Of a stretch of 64,000 nt of DNA, positions 31,388 to 39,782 are shown in pieces. The DNA is from Bacteriovoracia bacterium (lineage in GTDB: Bacteria; Bdellovibrionota; UBA1018; JBFWNL01), in the NCBI GenBank assembly GCA_050251055.1, contig JBFWNL010000001.1:683825-747824 (forward strand), given 5' to 3'. Under the pieces are notes generated by a model. It made no database searches. It was not told the DNA's origin and saw only the letters and a program-made list of their open reading frames with translations. The position numbers were made by a program, and so were the translations under genes. How positions within the stretch are numbered: the stretch's first letter is position 1; each line of letters opens with the position of its first letter.

Positions 31388-32485
31388 TCAGCCCATCCGG
31401 AACTGATTCGCCACCTGGATCACGCGATCCTGGATCTCGGTCGTCATTTCCGGATAGATCGGCAACCCGAGCGCACGCTCGCAGATCCTCTCGACGTTCG
31501 GAAGCGCGCCCGGACGATGCCCCAGGAAGCGATTGGCTTCTTGCAGGTGCAAAGGCACCGGGTAGAAAACCGTGGTCTGAATCTGATGGGCTTCAAAATG
31601 CGCGCGCAAGGCCGCGCGATCGACCTTCGTCCGCGGGACGAAGAGATGGAAGCAGGATTTCGCACCCGGCGTGATGACCTGGTAGTCGAACAAGCGGGGA
31701 TCGAGCTCAGCTTGGTAGCGCTTCGCCATGCGAGCGCGGTTCTCATTCATCTCGTCGAGATGGCGCAGCTTCACGCGCAGGATCGCCGCCTGCATTTCGT
31801 CGAGGCGGCTATTGATGCCGGTAATATCGATGTGATCGCGATCCACCATGCCGTACATGCGCATGCGCTTGAGGCGCGCGGCCATTTCGGCATCGGGAGT
31901 GACGATCATTCCGCCGTCGCCGTAAGCCCCCAAATTCTTCGTGGGATAGAAGCTGAACACGCCGAACTCGCCGATGGAACCGGCCGGCTTGCCGCCCAGG
32001 CTCGCGCCGTGCGCCTGCGAGGCGTCCTCAATGACCGGCAGCTTGCCGACGAGCTTGCGCAGGGCCAAGACGTCCACGAAGTTGCCAAAGATATGCACGG
32101 GCATGATCGCCTTCGTACGCGGGGTGATCGCGGCCGGAATTTTGGTGATGTCGATGAGATAAGTATTCGGATCCACGTCCACGAAAACAGGCTTCGCACC
32201 GGCATCGATGATGGCCGACACGGTCGGGATCGCGGTGTAAGCCGTGGTGATCACTTCGTCGCCCGCGCCGATGCCCAAGGCCATCAGACAGAGCGTGAGG
32301 GCATCCGTCGCGTTCGCGACCCCTACCCCGTGCCCGGCGTGCACGTAATCGGCGAATTCGCGCTCGAAGGCCGAGACTTCGGGGCCCAGGATGTAGTTCC
32401 CGGAGCACAGCACGCGATCGACGGCGGCATGAATTTCTTTATCGTAACGTTGGTACTGGGGAATCAGGTCGCAGCGTAGAATCAT
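31388..32485 (-). CDS. DegT/DnrJ/EryC1/StrS family PLP aminotransferase (FdtB-like)
   Basis: YILGPEV, IEDASQAHGA, SFYPTKNLGAYGDGG, NSRLDEMQAAILRVKL. Confidence 0.93.
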   Translation of the reverse strand: MILRCDLIPQYQRYDKEIHAAVDRVLCSGNYILGPEVSAFEREFADYVHAGHGVGVANATDALTLCLMALGIGAGDEVITTAYTAIPTVSAIIDAGAKPVFVDVDPNTYLIDITKIPAAITPRTKAIMPVHIFGNFVDVLALRKLVGKLPVIEDASQAHGASLGGKPAGSIGEFGVFSFYPTKNLGAYGDGGMIVTPDAEMAARLKRMRMYGMVDRDHIDITGINSRLDEMQAAILRVKLRHLDEMNENRARMAKRYQAELDPRLFDYQVITPGAKSCFHLFVPRTKVDRAALRAHFEAHQIQTTVFYPVPLHLQEANRFLGHRPGALPNVERICERALGLPIYPEMTTEIQDRVIQVANQFRMG

Positions 32486-32507
32486 AAAGTTTTCTTTCCC
32501 AAGGGTG

Positions 32508-33590
32508 TTACCCCGACGACTTCGGAGAAACCAGATTTTTGCGGATAGCGCGCCACGTCTTGAGCACGGGGGCCGGCACGATCCGTTTCACCAACCGCGA
32601 AGAGACGGGCCAGGCGTGGGAAGCCAGCGTCTCTAGCCACGCCCGCTTCCACGTCCGCCCAATACTTTGACTTAATGAGTCAGGCAATCCCGCCGCGCGG
32701 GCCACCCGATCTAGGCGTAACGCTCGTAGCGCCAGGGGAAGCTTGGCCTCGAAGAAAGCCGGATCCCGCAAACTCACGTCGGCGACCGAGCCCAAGGCGA
32801 TCTTCATTAAGGAATGCATAATATCGGACGCGAGGGGTTGCACGCGCGGATGCCGAAGCGCCGGTACAGCTTTCCGCACCAGGTTCGTGCCCGCTTGGCG
32901 GCGAAGCTCCACATGCTGGTTGGCGAAGGAAAAAGACGTCGCGTGATCGCGGAACCAGGCCTGAGGTTTTTCGAAGTAAACGACCTCATCGACCGCGGTC
33001 GCGGCTTTCAAGAACAGCATGTACTCGCCGAAGAGCCCGCGACCCGCCGGGTGCTCGCTCACGTCTACGTAGCCGCCCAACTCGCGCAGCAGGTCGATCT
33101 CGTAAACCCCCATCGAACCGATCGCGGGAACACGATACGCCAGGGCGTCCGCCGCGAACCGCGCCGCGGGAATCCGGCGATATTCGCCGACTCCTTTCGT
33201 CGCGAGCGCTGGCGCGGGCCCGCCATGCCAAGCCTGGAAATTTCCGTATACGACCCGCGCGCCTTCGGAGATCGCACGGTGGGCGTTGGCCAAGAAAAAA
33301 GGCGCATAGAGATCGTCGTCGGCCAGCCAGGTGAAATACTTCCCCTGCGCGAGCTCGAGCAGGCGATTCATATTCCCCCACTCGCCCAAGTTCTTCGGAT
33401 GATTAATGATCCGAAAACGGTCGTCGCCCACCAGATCCAGGGCTTCAGGGGTCAGCGTGCGCGTGACGAGGTCGTTGCCAATGAGGACTTCGAAGTCCGT
33501 GAAGTTCTGGGCGCGGATCGACGCGATGGTTTCTTTCAAGAGCGCGAGGCGGTCGTAAGTGGTGACGCCGACCGAAAAGAAGGGGCTCAA
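32508..33590 (-). CDS. Glycosyltransferase family 2
   Basis: FSVGVTTYDR, AQNFTDFEVLIGND, NLG...N, WLADDDLY. Likely TTG start overlapping the sulfotransferase stop. Confidence 0.88.
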   Translation of the reverse strand: MSPFFSVGVTTYDRLALLKETIASIRAQNFTDFEVLIGNDLVTRTLTPEALDLVGDDRFRIINHPKNLGEWGNMNRLLELAQGKYFTWLADDDLYAPFFLANAHRAISEGARVVYGNFQAWHGGPAPALATKGVGEYRRIPAARFAADALAYRVPAIGSMGVYEIDLLRELGGYVDVSEHPAGRGLFGEYMLFLKAATAVDEVVYFEKPQAWFRDHATSFSFANQHVELRRQAGTNLVRKAVPALRHPRVQPLASDIMHSLMKIALGSVADVSLRDPAFFEAKLPLALRALRLDRVARAAGLPDSLSQSIGRTWKRAWLETLASHAWPVSSRLVKRIVPAPVLKTWRAIRKNLVSPKSSG

Positions 33591-34450
33591 AGCTTGTAGT
33601 TCCACCGGGAGGCGATCTCGCCGCAAACTTCGCGGAAGACCTTCTGGTGCAAGGGACCGAAGTGGTTCTGGTAATCCCCGACCACGCCCTTGCGAAACGC
33701 CACGTTGCCCTTTTCTTCGCTGCCTTTGCGCCGGCCCGTGAGGCTTTCAAACGAAAAAACTTCAATCGCTTCGTCGATCAAGGCGTCGGACGCCTCGAAG
33801 TCGAGGTATTTCAAAATAGATTTCAACGCGGCCTTCGGATCCGAATGCAATGACTCGTAAGTCACTTTGTACGTGATGGAGATCTGTTCCCAAGCCTCAT
33901 AGAACCCGCGCCAGCGCTTCGCCGTCACGTAGGCGTACGCGAGCTTGGAGCGTAAGAGCGACATCTTCAACGCCCGCAGGGGGTTCAAGCGCTCGCGTAG
34001 GCTGGGTCCCGCCACCGCGCCCGGGGCGTCGCGGCCGATCAGCATCGTTTGCGCGCCGGTTTCCACGTCGGTGCCCGTTTCGTTGCGCACGATCGCGCGC
34101 GCCTGGCCCGACACGGCCACGTCGCGCGGATCGCGCGCGAGCAAGATCACCTTATCGGTCAGGCTGAAGTACGGATCGGGAAGCTCGTGGGTCTTGATCA
34201 CCATCGAGTACTTCGTCTTCTCGCGTCCGGGCAGGTTGCCCTGCGTGAGCGCGAGCGCCTTCGCGTTGCTGGAAAAAATAATCCCGCGCAGGAAAGTATA
34301 AGGCTCGATGTAACGCGCGTTTAGGATGTAGCAAAGCATGTAGCTGAGCCATCCCTGTCCGGAGCGGCCAAAGTCGGCGATGAGGATCACGCGGTCGGAA
34401 CCGTTGAGGAAGGGATGCTTGACGTTGCCGGGCTTGTTCTCTCGAGTCAT
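33587..34450 (-). CDS. PAPS-dependent sulfotransferase
   Basis: 5'-PSB-like GRSGQGW, KTH, 3'-PB RDPRDVAVS, YESL, C-terminal FRKGVVGDY (RKGxxGD motif). Confidence 0.88.
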   Translation of the reverse strand: MTRENKPGNVKHPFLNGSDRVILIADFGRSGQGWLSYMLCYILNARYIEPYTFLRGIIFSSNAKALALTQGNLPGREKTKYSMVIKTHELPDPYFSLTDKVILLARDPRDVAVSGQARAIVRNETGTDVETGAQTMLIGRDAPGAVAGPSLRERLNPLRALKMSLLRSKLAYAYVTAKRWRGFYEAWEQISITYKVTYESLHSDPKAALKSILKYLDFEASDALIDEAIEVFSFESLTGRRKGSEEKGNVAFRKGVVGDYQNHFGPLHQKVFREVCGEIASRWNYKL

Positions 34451-34466
34451 AAAGTCTAATAAAAAA

Positions 34467-34518
34467 TGGGTAAAATCAGGGGTTTATGGCGCATCTTAGT
34501 GGGTTTTACCCAGTAAAA
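34467..34518. promoter_or_regulatory. Inverted repeats in an AT-rich divergent intergenic region (candidate regulator site)
   Basis: TGGGTAAAA (34467-34475) pairs with TTTTACCCA (34504-34512); nested TTTTAC-cca-GTAAAA (34504-34518). Confidence 0.35.
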
Positions 34519-34553
34519 ACAACACAAAAAAACTGGACTGGGCCAGAATCCGC

Positions 34554-35198
34554 ATGCTACCTCCTAAGCAATCCATGAAACCCGCGATGATGTCCCCTCT
34601 CAAGCTAAACCTCGGTTGCGCATCGCGCCCCCTACCGGGTTACATCAATATCGATCTCGACGACGTCGCGACGATGAAGCGCCGCTACCCCAACATCCAG
34701 ATCCCCGATCTGCCCATTTACCAATACGACATCTTCAAGCTGCCTTACGCCGATGGTACCGTCGACGAGGCCCGCGCCGACGCGTTCATCGAGCATCTCT
34801 CCTTTCTGGAAGAATCCAAGTTCTTCTACGAAATGAAGCGCATCCTCAAGCCCGGCGGCAAACTCTGCTTCTGCGTGCCGGACTTCGAGAAGGCGGTCGA
34901 GCAATGGCTGAAAGCCAAAGACGACTGGAAGGACTTTTACCGGTGCGACGACGAGGCCATCGCCCAGGCGCATTGGTTCGGAAACTATTCCTACACCACG
35001 GAAAACCGCTGGGGATACCTCACCGCTTCCATCTTTGGGCCGCAGAATTCCCCCGGTCAGTTCCATAAGAACGCGTACACCGCGCGGAAAATCCGGGCGA
35101 TCATGAAGAAGCTCGAGTTTAAGGAACCCAGCATCACGCCATCGCGCTGGAAGGGCGATCGCGACCACATGCTCGACGTGGTGGCGGAAAAAGCCTAA
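34554..35198 (+). CDS. SAM-dependent methyltransferase-like protein
   Basis: KLNLGCA...GYINID, FIEHL, RILKPGG, VPDFE. Confidence 0.82.
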   Translation: MLPPKQSMKPAMMSPLKLNLGCASRPLPGYINIDLDDVATMKRRYPNIQIPDLPIYQYDIFKLPYADGTVDEARADAFIEHLSFLEESKFFYEMKRILKPGGKLCFCVPDFEKAVEQWLKAKDDWKDFYRCDDEAIAQAHWFGNYSYTTENRWGYLTASIFGPQNSPGQFHKNAYTARKIRAIMKKLEFKEPSITPSRWKGDRDHMLDVVAEKA

Positions 35199-35215
35199 GG
35201 CCGCCGCCGTATCAG

Positions 35216-36151
35216 TTAAGCGCGCAGTCCCCGCAACAAATCAACCGTATCGGAAATTCCGCGATGGATATCACCTTGGGCGCGGAAGCCCTTCGCTTGG
35301 AAGCGCGCGCACGAAACTTCGTACGAGAGCTGGTTCATGATCTGGGTCTCGACGAAGTTGATCGTCAGGTCCGGTACGAACCCGCGGATCACATCGGTGA
35401 TCTGCCGCACGGTGTAGTTGCCCGTCAGAACGTTATAGATGCGGCGATCGAAGATCCGCTCGCGCAGGATGAGTTCGATCGCGTTCACGGCGTCGCCCAC
35501 GTCCAGGTAAGGCCGCTTCTGGTCATACGCGGTTTTCCAAACCGTAAGTGGCTTACCCGTCACGGCCTGCCAGCAGAACTTATTGACCGCAGTGTGGAAG
35601 CGAATACCCGGCGAGATCCCGAAAATCGTACCGAAGCGGCAGACGATGAAAGGCAGCTCGGCTTTCTTTCCCAGCTCCGCGAGTAGGCGCTCTTCTTTAA
35701 GCTTCGTCTCCGCGTAAGGGCTTTGGGGATTCAGGTCGGACTCGGGACAGTCTTCATCGACCAACTCCGCCGCCGAACCGTAAACACTGGTCGACGAAAG
35801 GTAGAGCAACGGCACGCGCTGGCGCACGCACTCGTCGGCCACGCGCTGGGTGCCATAAAAGTTATTGCGCTCGACCTCGGCCTGGTTTTCGAAGCTGCCC
35901 GCGGCATTCGTGATCGCCGCGAGATGCAGGACAAAGTCAGCGCCCTTCACGAGCGGGCCAAGATCGATCTTCGTGACGTCGCCTTCGGTAAACCGATAGC
36001 GGACGCCTTCCGGTAGGTTGAAAAGCGAGCAGTAGCGCTGCGCCGACATATCATCGATGAGCGTAAGCTCCATCCCGGGAAACCGGGCCGGTAGCTCGCG
36101 AATCACGCGGGAGCCAATGTGCCCCAAGGCTCCGGTAACCAGGATTTTCAC
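35216..36151 (-). CDS. NAD-dependent epimerase/dehydratase (extended SDR; possible NDP-sugar 4-ketoreductase)
   Basis: VTGALGHIGS, HLAAIT, SSTSVYG, PQSPYAETK (YxxxK), RFGTIFG. Confidence 0.88.
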   Translation of the reverse strand: MKILVTGALGHIGSRVIRELPARFPGMELTLIDDMSAQRYCSLFNLPEGVRYRFTEGDVTKIDLGPLVKGADFVLHLAAITNAAGSFENQAEVERNNFYGTQRVADECVRQRVPLLYLSSTSVYGSAAELVDEDCPESDLNPQSPYAETKLKEERLLAELGKKAELPFIVCRFGTIFGISPGIRFHTAVNKFCWQAVTGKPLTVWKTAYDQKRPYLDVGDAVNAIELILRERIFDRRIYNVLTGNYTVRQITDVIRGFVPDLTINFVETQIMNQLSYEVSCARFQAKGFRAQGDIHRGISDTVDLLRGLRA

Positions 36152-36588
36152 GAGCGCGCTCCCTTCGCCTGCCCGCGGCGCCAGGCCAAGAACCCGTCGT
36201 AGTCCCGCAGGTAGTCAGACTCGTCATAATACTTGTCCGTGAGGACCATCAGCATCGTCCCTTCGTCCAGATAGGTTTGCTCCCCCCACACGGACGGCGG
36301 CAGATAGGCGCCCTGATCGGGCGAATCAAGGCGCAACGTACGCTTCTCTTTTCCGTCGTCGAAAACCAGGTCGCAGCGGCCACGAATGCAAATCAGAAAC
36401 TGCTGGCATTCTTTGTGGGCGTGCTTGCCGCGCAGGGCGCCGCCCGGAGTACCGTAGACGTAGAAAATGCGCTTAATGTCGAACGGGACGTTCCGCAGCT
36501 CCTCAAGCGCCACCAGGTAGCCGTTGGCTTCGGTGCCTATGCGCTTGAAGCGCTCGTGCTTGACGTCTTTTACCGTTTTCAGACCCAC
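36148..36588 (-). CDS. FdtA/QdtA family dTDP-4-keto-6-deoxyhexose 3,4-ketoisomerase (cupin)
   Basis: VPFDIKRIFY, RGKHAHK, YDESDYLRDY. Confidence 0.88.
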   Translation of the reverse strand: MGLKTVKDVKHERFKRIGTEANGYLVALEELRNVPFDIKRIFYVYGTPGGALRGKHAHKECQQFLICIRGRCDLVFDDGKEKRTLRLDSPDQGAYLPPSVWGEQTYLDEGTMLMVLTDKYYDESDYLRDYDGFLAWRRGQAKGARS

Positions 36589-36609
36589 GCCACCGTCCCT
36601 CTTTGGCCC

Positions 36610-37848
36610 CTAGGCCGTGATGACCTGTACCTTCGGGACATACACGATCCACTTGCCGCCACTTTCCCGAAAGTCCTGCTCCTTGGCCGTAATCTCCTTG
36701 AAGTGGTTCCAGCCAAAGAGCAGCCCGTAGTCGGGATACTGCTCGCGGAACTTCTCGGAAGCCAGGATCGGGATGTGCTTGCCCGGGCTGAACTTACCCT
36801 GCTTGATAGGGGTCGAATCGCCGATGAACTCGATTAGGTCGGGAGTCAAATTGCAGTAGTTGATCACGGTCGTGCTCTTGGAAGTCGCCGCGTAACCGAC
36901 GACGCGTTTGCCCTGCTGCTTGAGATCAACCAGGAGCTGGCGGAGCTCGCGCTTCGACGTCTCGCAGTTCTCACGGAAGCGTTCGTAGGTCTCCGCCTTA
37001 TCGAGGCCGAGCTTCTTCTCAAACTCGACCTGCTCGCGCACGCGCTCGGAAACCGCTTGCACGCCCTTGCGCTTGATCACGTAGCGCATCGAACCCCCAT
37101 GGGTCGTCTGCGGCTCGACGTCCACGATCTCCATGCCGTACTGGCCGAACATGTGGCCGACGGAGGCGACGGAATACAGGAACACGTGCTCGTCGTAAAT
37201 CTGGTCATAGGAAGTCTTCTGGATGACGTCGCCCAGGTACGGGTCTTCGAACATCACGGTGCCGTCCGGCCTCAACAACACGTCAATACCTTCAAGCACC
37301 GAATGAATATAGCCGATGTGGCACATCACGTTCGCCGCCAGGAAGGCGTCCGCTTGCCCATTTTGGCTCACGATCCAGCGCGCGGTCTCGGCGTCGAAGA
37401 AGCGGGAGACGGTGTTTATGCCGCGGCCGATGGCGACGTCGGCGACGTTCTTCGAGGGCTCGATGCCCAGGTGGCGGATCTTCTTCTCGGCGAAGTTCTT
37501 GAGCATCACGCCGTCGTTGCTGCCGATCTCGACCACGAAAGGATCCTTCGCCTCGAGGTAATCCTTCATTACGTGGTCGGCGAACTCCTTGAAGTGGATC
37601 GCCATGTGCTGGGACGTTCCCGAAAAGAACGCATAGTTCTCGTTAAACATGCGTTCGCGGTCCGGTTGCTCCATCAGCTGCACCATCTTGCAGTGTGAAC
37701 AGAAACCCACCTGCATCTCGAAGAAGTACTCGCGAGAGAAATCTTCGGGCTTTAGGAACCCATTAGCGATCGGCTGCTGCCCATAAGAGATGAACGGACT
37801 CACCGGGGCTTTACAGACTAAACATGGTTTTTCTTGCTTCGGATTCAA
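36610..37848 (-). CDS. NDP-hexose C-methyltransferase (TcaB9/NovU-type, Zn-binding)
   Basis: CLVC...CSHCKMVQL zinc site, VEIGSNDG, ANVMCHI, FEDPYLGD, DQIYDEH, HGGSMR, GYAATSKS, PDYGLLFGWNH. Confidence 0.92.
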   Translation of the reverse strand: MNPKQEKPCLVCKAPVSPFISYGQQPIANGFLKPEDFSREYFFEMQVGFCSHCKMVQLMEQPDRERMFNENYAFFSGTSQHMAIHFKEFADHVMKDYLEAKDPFVVEIGSNDGVMLKNFAEKKIRHLGIEPSKNVADVAIGRGINTVSRFFDAETARWIVSQNGQADAFLAANVMCHIGYIHSVLEGIDVLLRPDGTVMFEDPYLGDVIQKTSYDQIYDEHVFLYSVASVGHMFGQYGMEIVDVEPQTTHGGSMRYVIKRKGVQAVSERVREQVEFEKKLGLDKAETYERFRENCETSKRELRQLLVDLKQQGKRVVGYAATSKSTTVINYCNLTPDLIEFIGDSTPIKQGKFSPGKHIPILASEKFREQYPDYGLLFGWNHFKEITAKEQDFRESGGKWIVYVPKVQVITA

Positions 37849-37883
37849 TTTCCGTCTCCTTCAAATAAAAACTAAGCGCGACG

Positions 37884-39782
37884 TCAACTGCAGCTCCGGC
37901 TGCTGACCTTCGCTAAAATGCCTTCCAAAATTTCCAACGCCTCACGGAACCCTTGTCCGCGGTTCAGGTGCCCTTGCCAAATTTCCGGGATAAAACCGGT
38001 ATCTAGGCGATTCATGATCGCGAACAACGACGCGAAGTCGAGATCGCCTTGGCCGATCTGCACACCCTCGCCGGTCGAACCTTTCGAATCGGAAACATGC
38101 AGATAGGCGATGTGATCCAAGATGCGTTTCGTGAAGTCTTGCATGGAAATGCCGGCGTGGTGGCAGTAAAGGCCGGCGTGGGAGGTGTCGAAGCAAATCC
38201 CCCAACCCATGTCCTTCGCGAACTGGGCGATCTCGCCCGCGTCCATGAACACGGTGTTGTACCACTGACCGCCGAAGTACCAAGGCAGGGGGGGCATGTT
38301 CTCGACCAGGAGTTGCGTGCCCTCCGAAGGCATGGCTTCTAGGTTCTTCTTCAGAAGCTTATACTGATCGGTCTTATTGGATTCGGTCGGTTGGGCAAAA
38401 TGCCCGCCCGGATGCACGACCACGCGCGGACCGCGGGGATCTTTCATGCCCTTGAACTTGGGCGCGAGTTCACGCGCCAAATTCAACGTCCGCTTGAGCA
38501 TTTCGCGGCTGAGCTCGGTGATCGCGGCGTCGCTCGAGGTGAAGTCAATGAGCTGGTCCTTATAATACTCGGGCGCGTGCACGACTAAGTCTTGTTCGAA
38601 CGTTCCCGCCGGTAGCCTATAGTCTTCGAGGTCCCGCCAAGTCAGATGGATCTCCACCAAACCCGGCTTGACGTCCAAGAACTCCTGGAAGTCGTTCAGG
38701 CGCCCCACGATCCCCCACTTCTTGGGAATAGAATAGGTACGCGGCTTCGCGGCCGGTCCGTCGACGACATCCTGCCGGAAAATATAATCGTCCGCCGATA
38801 GGGCGCGATTCAGGGTCTTACCCAGGAAGTAATCAAGATCCATGGGCGAAACGCCCTTGGCCGGCGTCTTCGATGACAGATCGCCCGCCGTCAGCCGGTG
38901 GCCGACGGGCAGGTCCTTCGCCGCGACGAGCGACTTCGCCAAGCTGATGCGGTTATTCTTCTCGCCCTGGTTGTAAACCTTCTCGGCTTTGCCCAGGGAC
39001 TCTTCGGCGACACGGACAGCATCGACCATTTCCTTGAACTCGGTAAAATTGAGCGACGAACGATGATCGGGACCGGACTGGTTGCGGTCACGCGTGATGT
39101 GGCGCTCGATGATGTCGGCGCCCAGGCCCAGCGCGGCCACGGTGGGAACAAAGCCCTGCTCATGGCCGGAATAGCCCACCCGCACGCCCGTGATCTGGCG
39201 AAGCACCGGGATGTAGCGCAGGTTCAGATCGCTGAAGGAAGCGGGATAAGTGCTGTTACAATGCAGGAGCGCGAAATCCGCGCCGCGCGACTTGAGATAT
39301 CCGACGACCTGCTTGATCTCGGCTTCCTCGCTCATCCCGGTCGAGAGGATGATCGGGCGGTTGAACTCCGTGATCTTCTCGAGCAGCGGCCGGTTCGTGA
39401 AGTCGGGCGAACCCACCTTGAAGATCCCCATGCCGATGCCGTTCAGGAACTCGGCCGATTTGACGTCGAACGGCGTCGCAAAGAAATCGATGTCAAAACC
39501 TTTCGCGTACGCGAAGAGCTCCTTCATTTGATCGTAGCTAAGATGCGCCTTACGCAGCTCCGCCAGCAGGTACTGCGTCCCCTGCTCCGCTTTGCGCGAA
39601 TCGGCCAACACCTGCTTGGTATAGAGCGTGTCGAGATCCCGCAACTGGGTCTTCACGGCGTCGGCGCCAGCTTCCGCCGCACCCTTAATCAGCGCCTTGG
39701 CTTCATCCATGCTGCCGTTATGGTTAATTCCAACCTCGGCGATGATGTAGACGCCGCGCTTGGATTTATACCGGGTGCTCAT
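37884..39782 (-). CDS. NeuB-family (sialic/nonulosonic acid) synthase with SAF domain, fused to a C-terminal xylose-isomerase-like TIM barrel
   Basis: IAEVGINHNG, ADAVK, LSTGMS, LHCNSTYP, GYSGHE, IERHIT, DHRSSL, SAF (KSLVAAKDL...). Then VHAPEY, LVENMPP, FDTSHA, LHVSDS, IPEIWQGH. Confidence 0.9.
   Translation of the reverse strand: MSTRYKSKRGVYIIAEVGINHNGSMDEAKALIKGAAEAGADAVKTQLRDLDTLYTKQVLADSRKAEQGTQYLLAELRKAHLSYDQMKELFAYAKGFDIDFFATPFDVKSAEFLNGIGMGIFKVGSPDFTNRPLLEKITEFNRPIILSTGMSEEAEIKQVVGYLKSRGADFALLHCNSTYPASFSDLNLRYIPVLRQITGVRVGYSGHEQGFVPTVAALGLGADIIERHITRDRNQSGPDHRSSLNFTEFKEMVDAVRVAEESLGKAEKVYNQGEKNNRISLAKSLVAAKDLPVGHRLTAGDLSSKTPAKGVSPMDLDYFLGKTLNRALSADDYIFRQDVVDGPAAKPRTYSIPKKWGIVGRLNDFQEFLDVKPGLVEIHLTWRDLEDYRLPAGTFEQDLVVHAPEYYKDQLIDFTSSDAAITELSREMLKRTLNLARELAPKFKGMKDPRGPRVVVHPGGHFAQPTESNKTDQYKLLKKNLEAMPSEGTQLLVENMPPLPWYFGGQWYNTVFMDAGEIAQFAKDMGWGICFDTSHAGLYCHHAGISMQDFTKRILDHIAYLHVSDSKGSTGEGVQIGQGDLDFASLFAIMNRLDTGFIPEIWQGHLNRGQGFREALEILEGILAKVSSRSCS

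Noticed and set aside
28867-32479. Long + strand ORFs 28867..29871 and 31139..32479
   Set aside because: Antisense to rfbB and the DegT gene; no recognisable domains.
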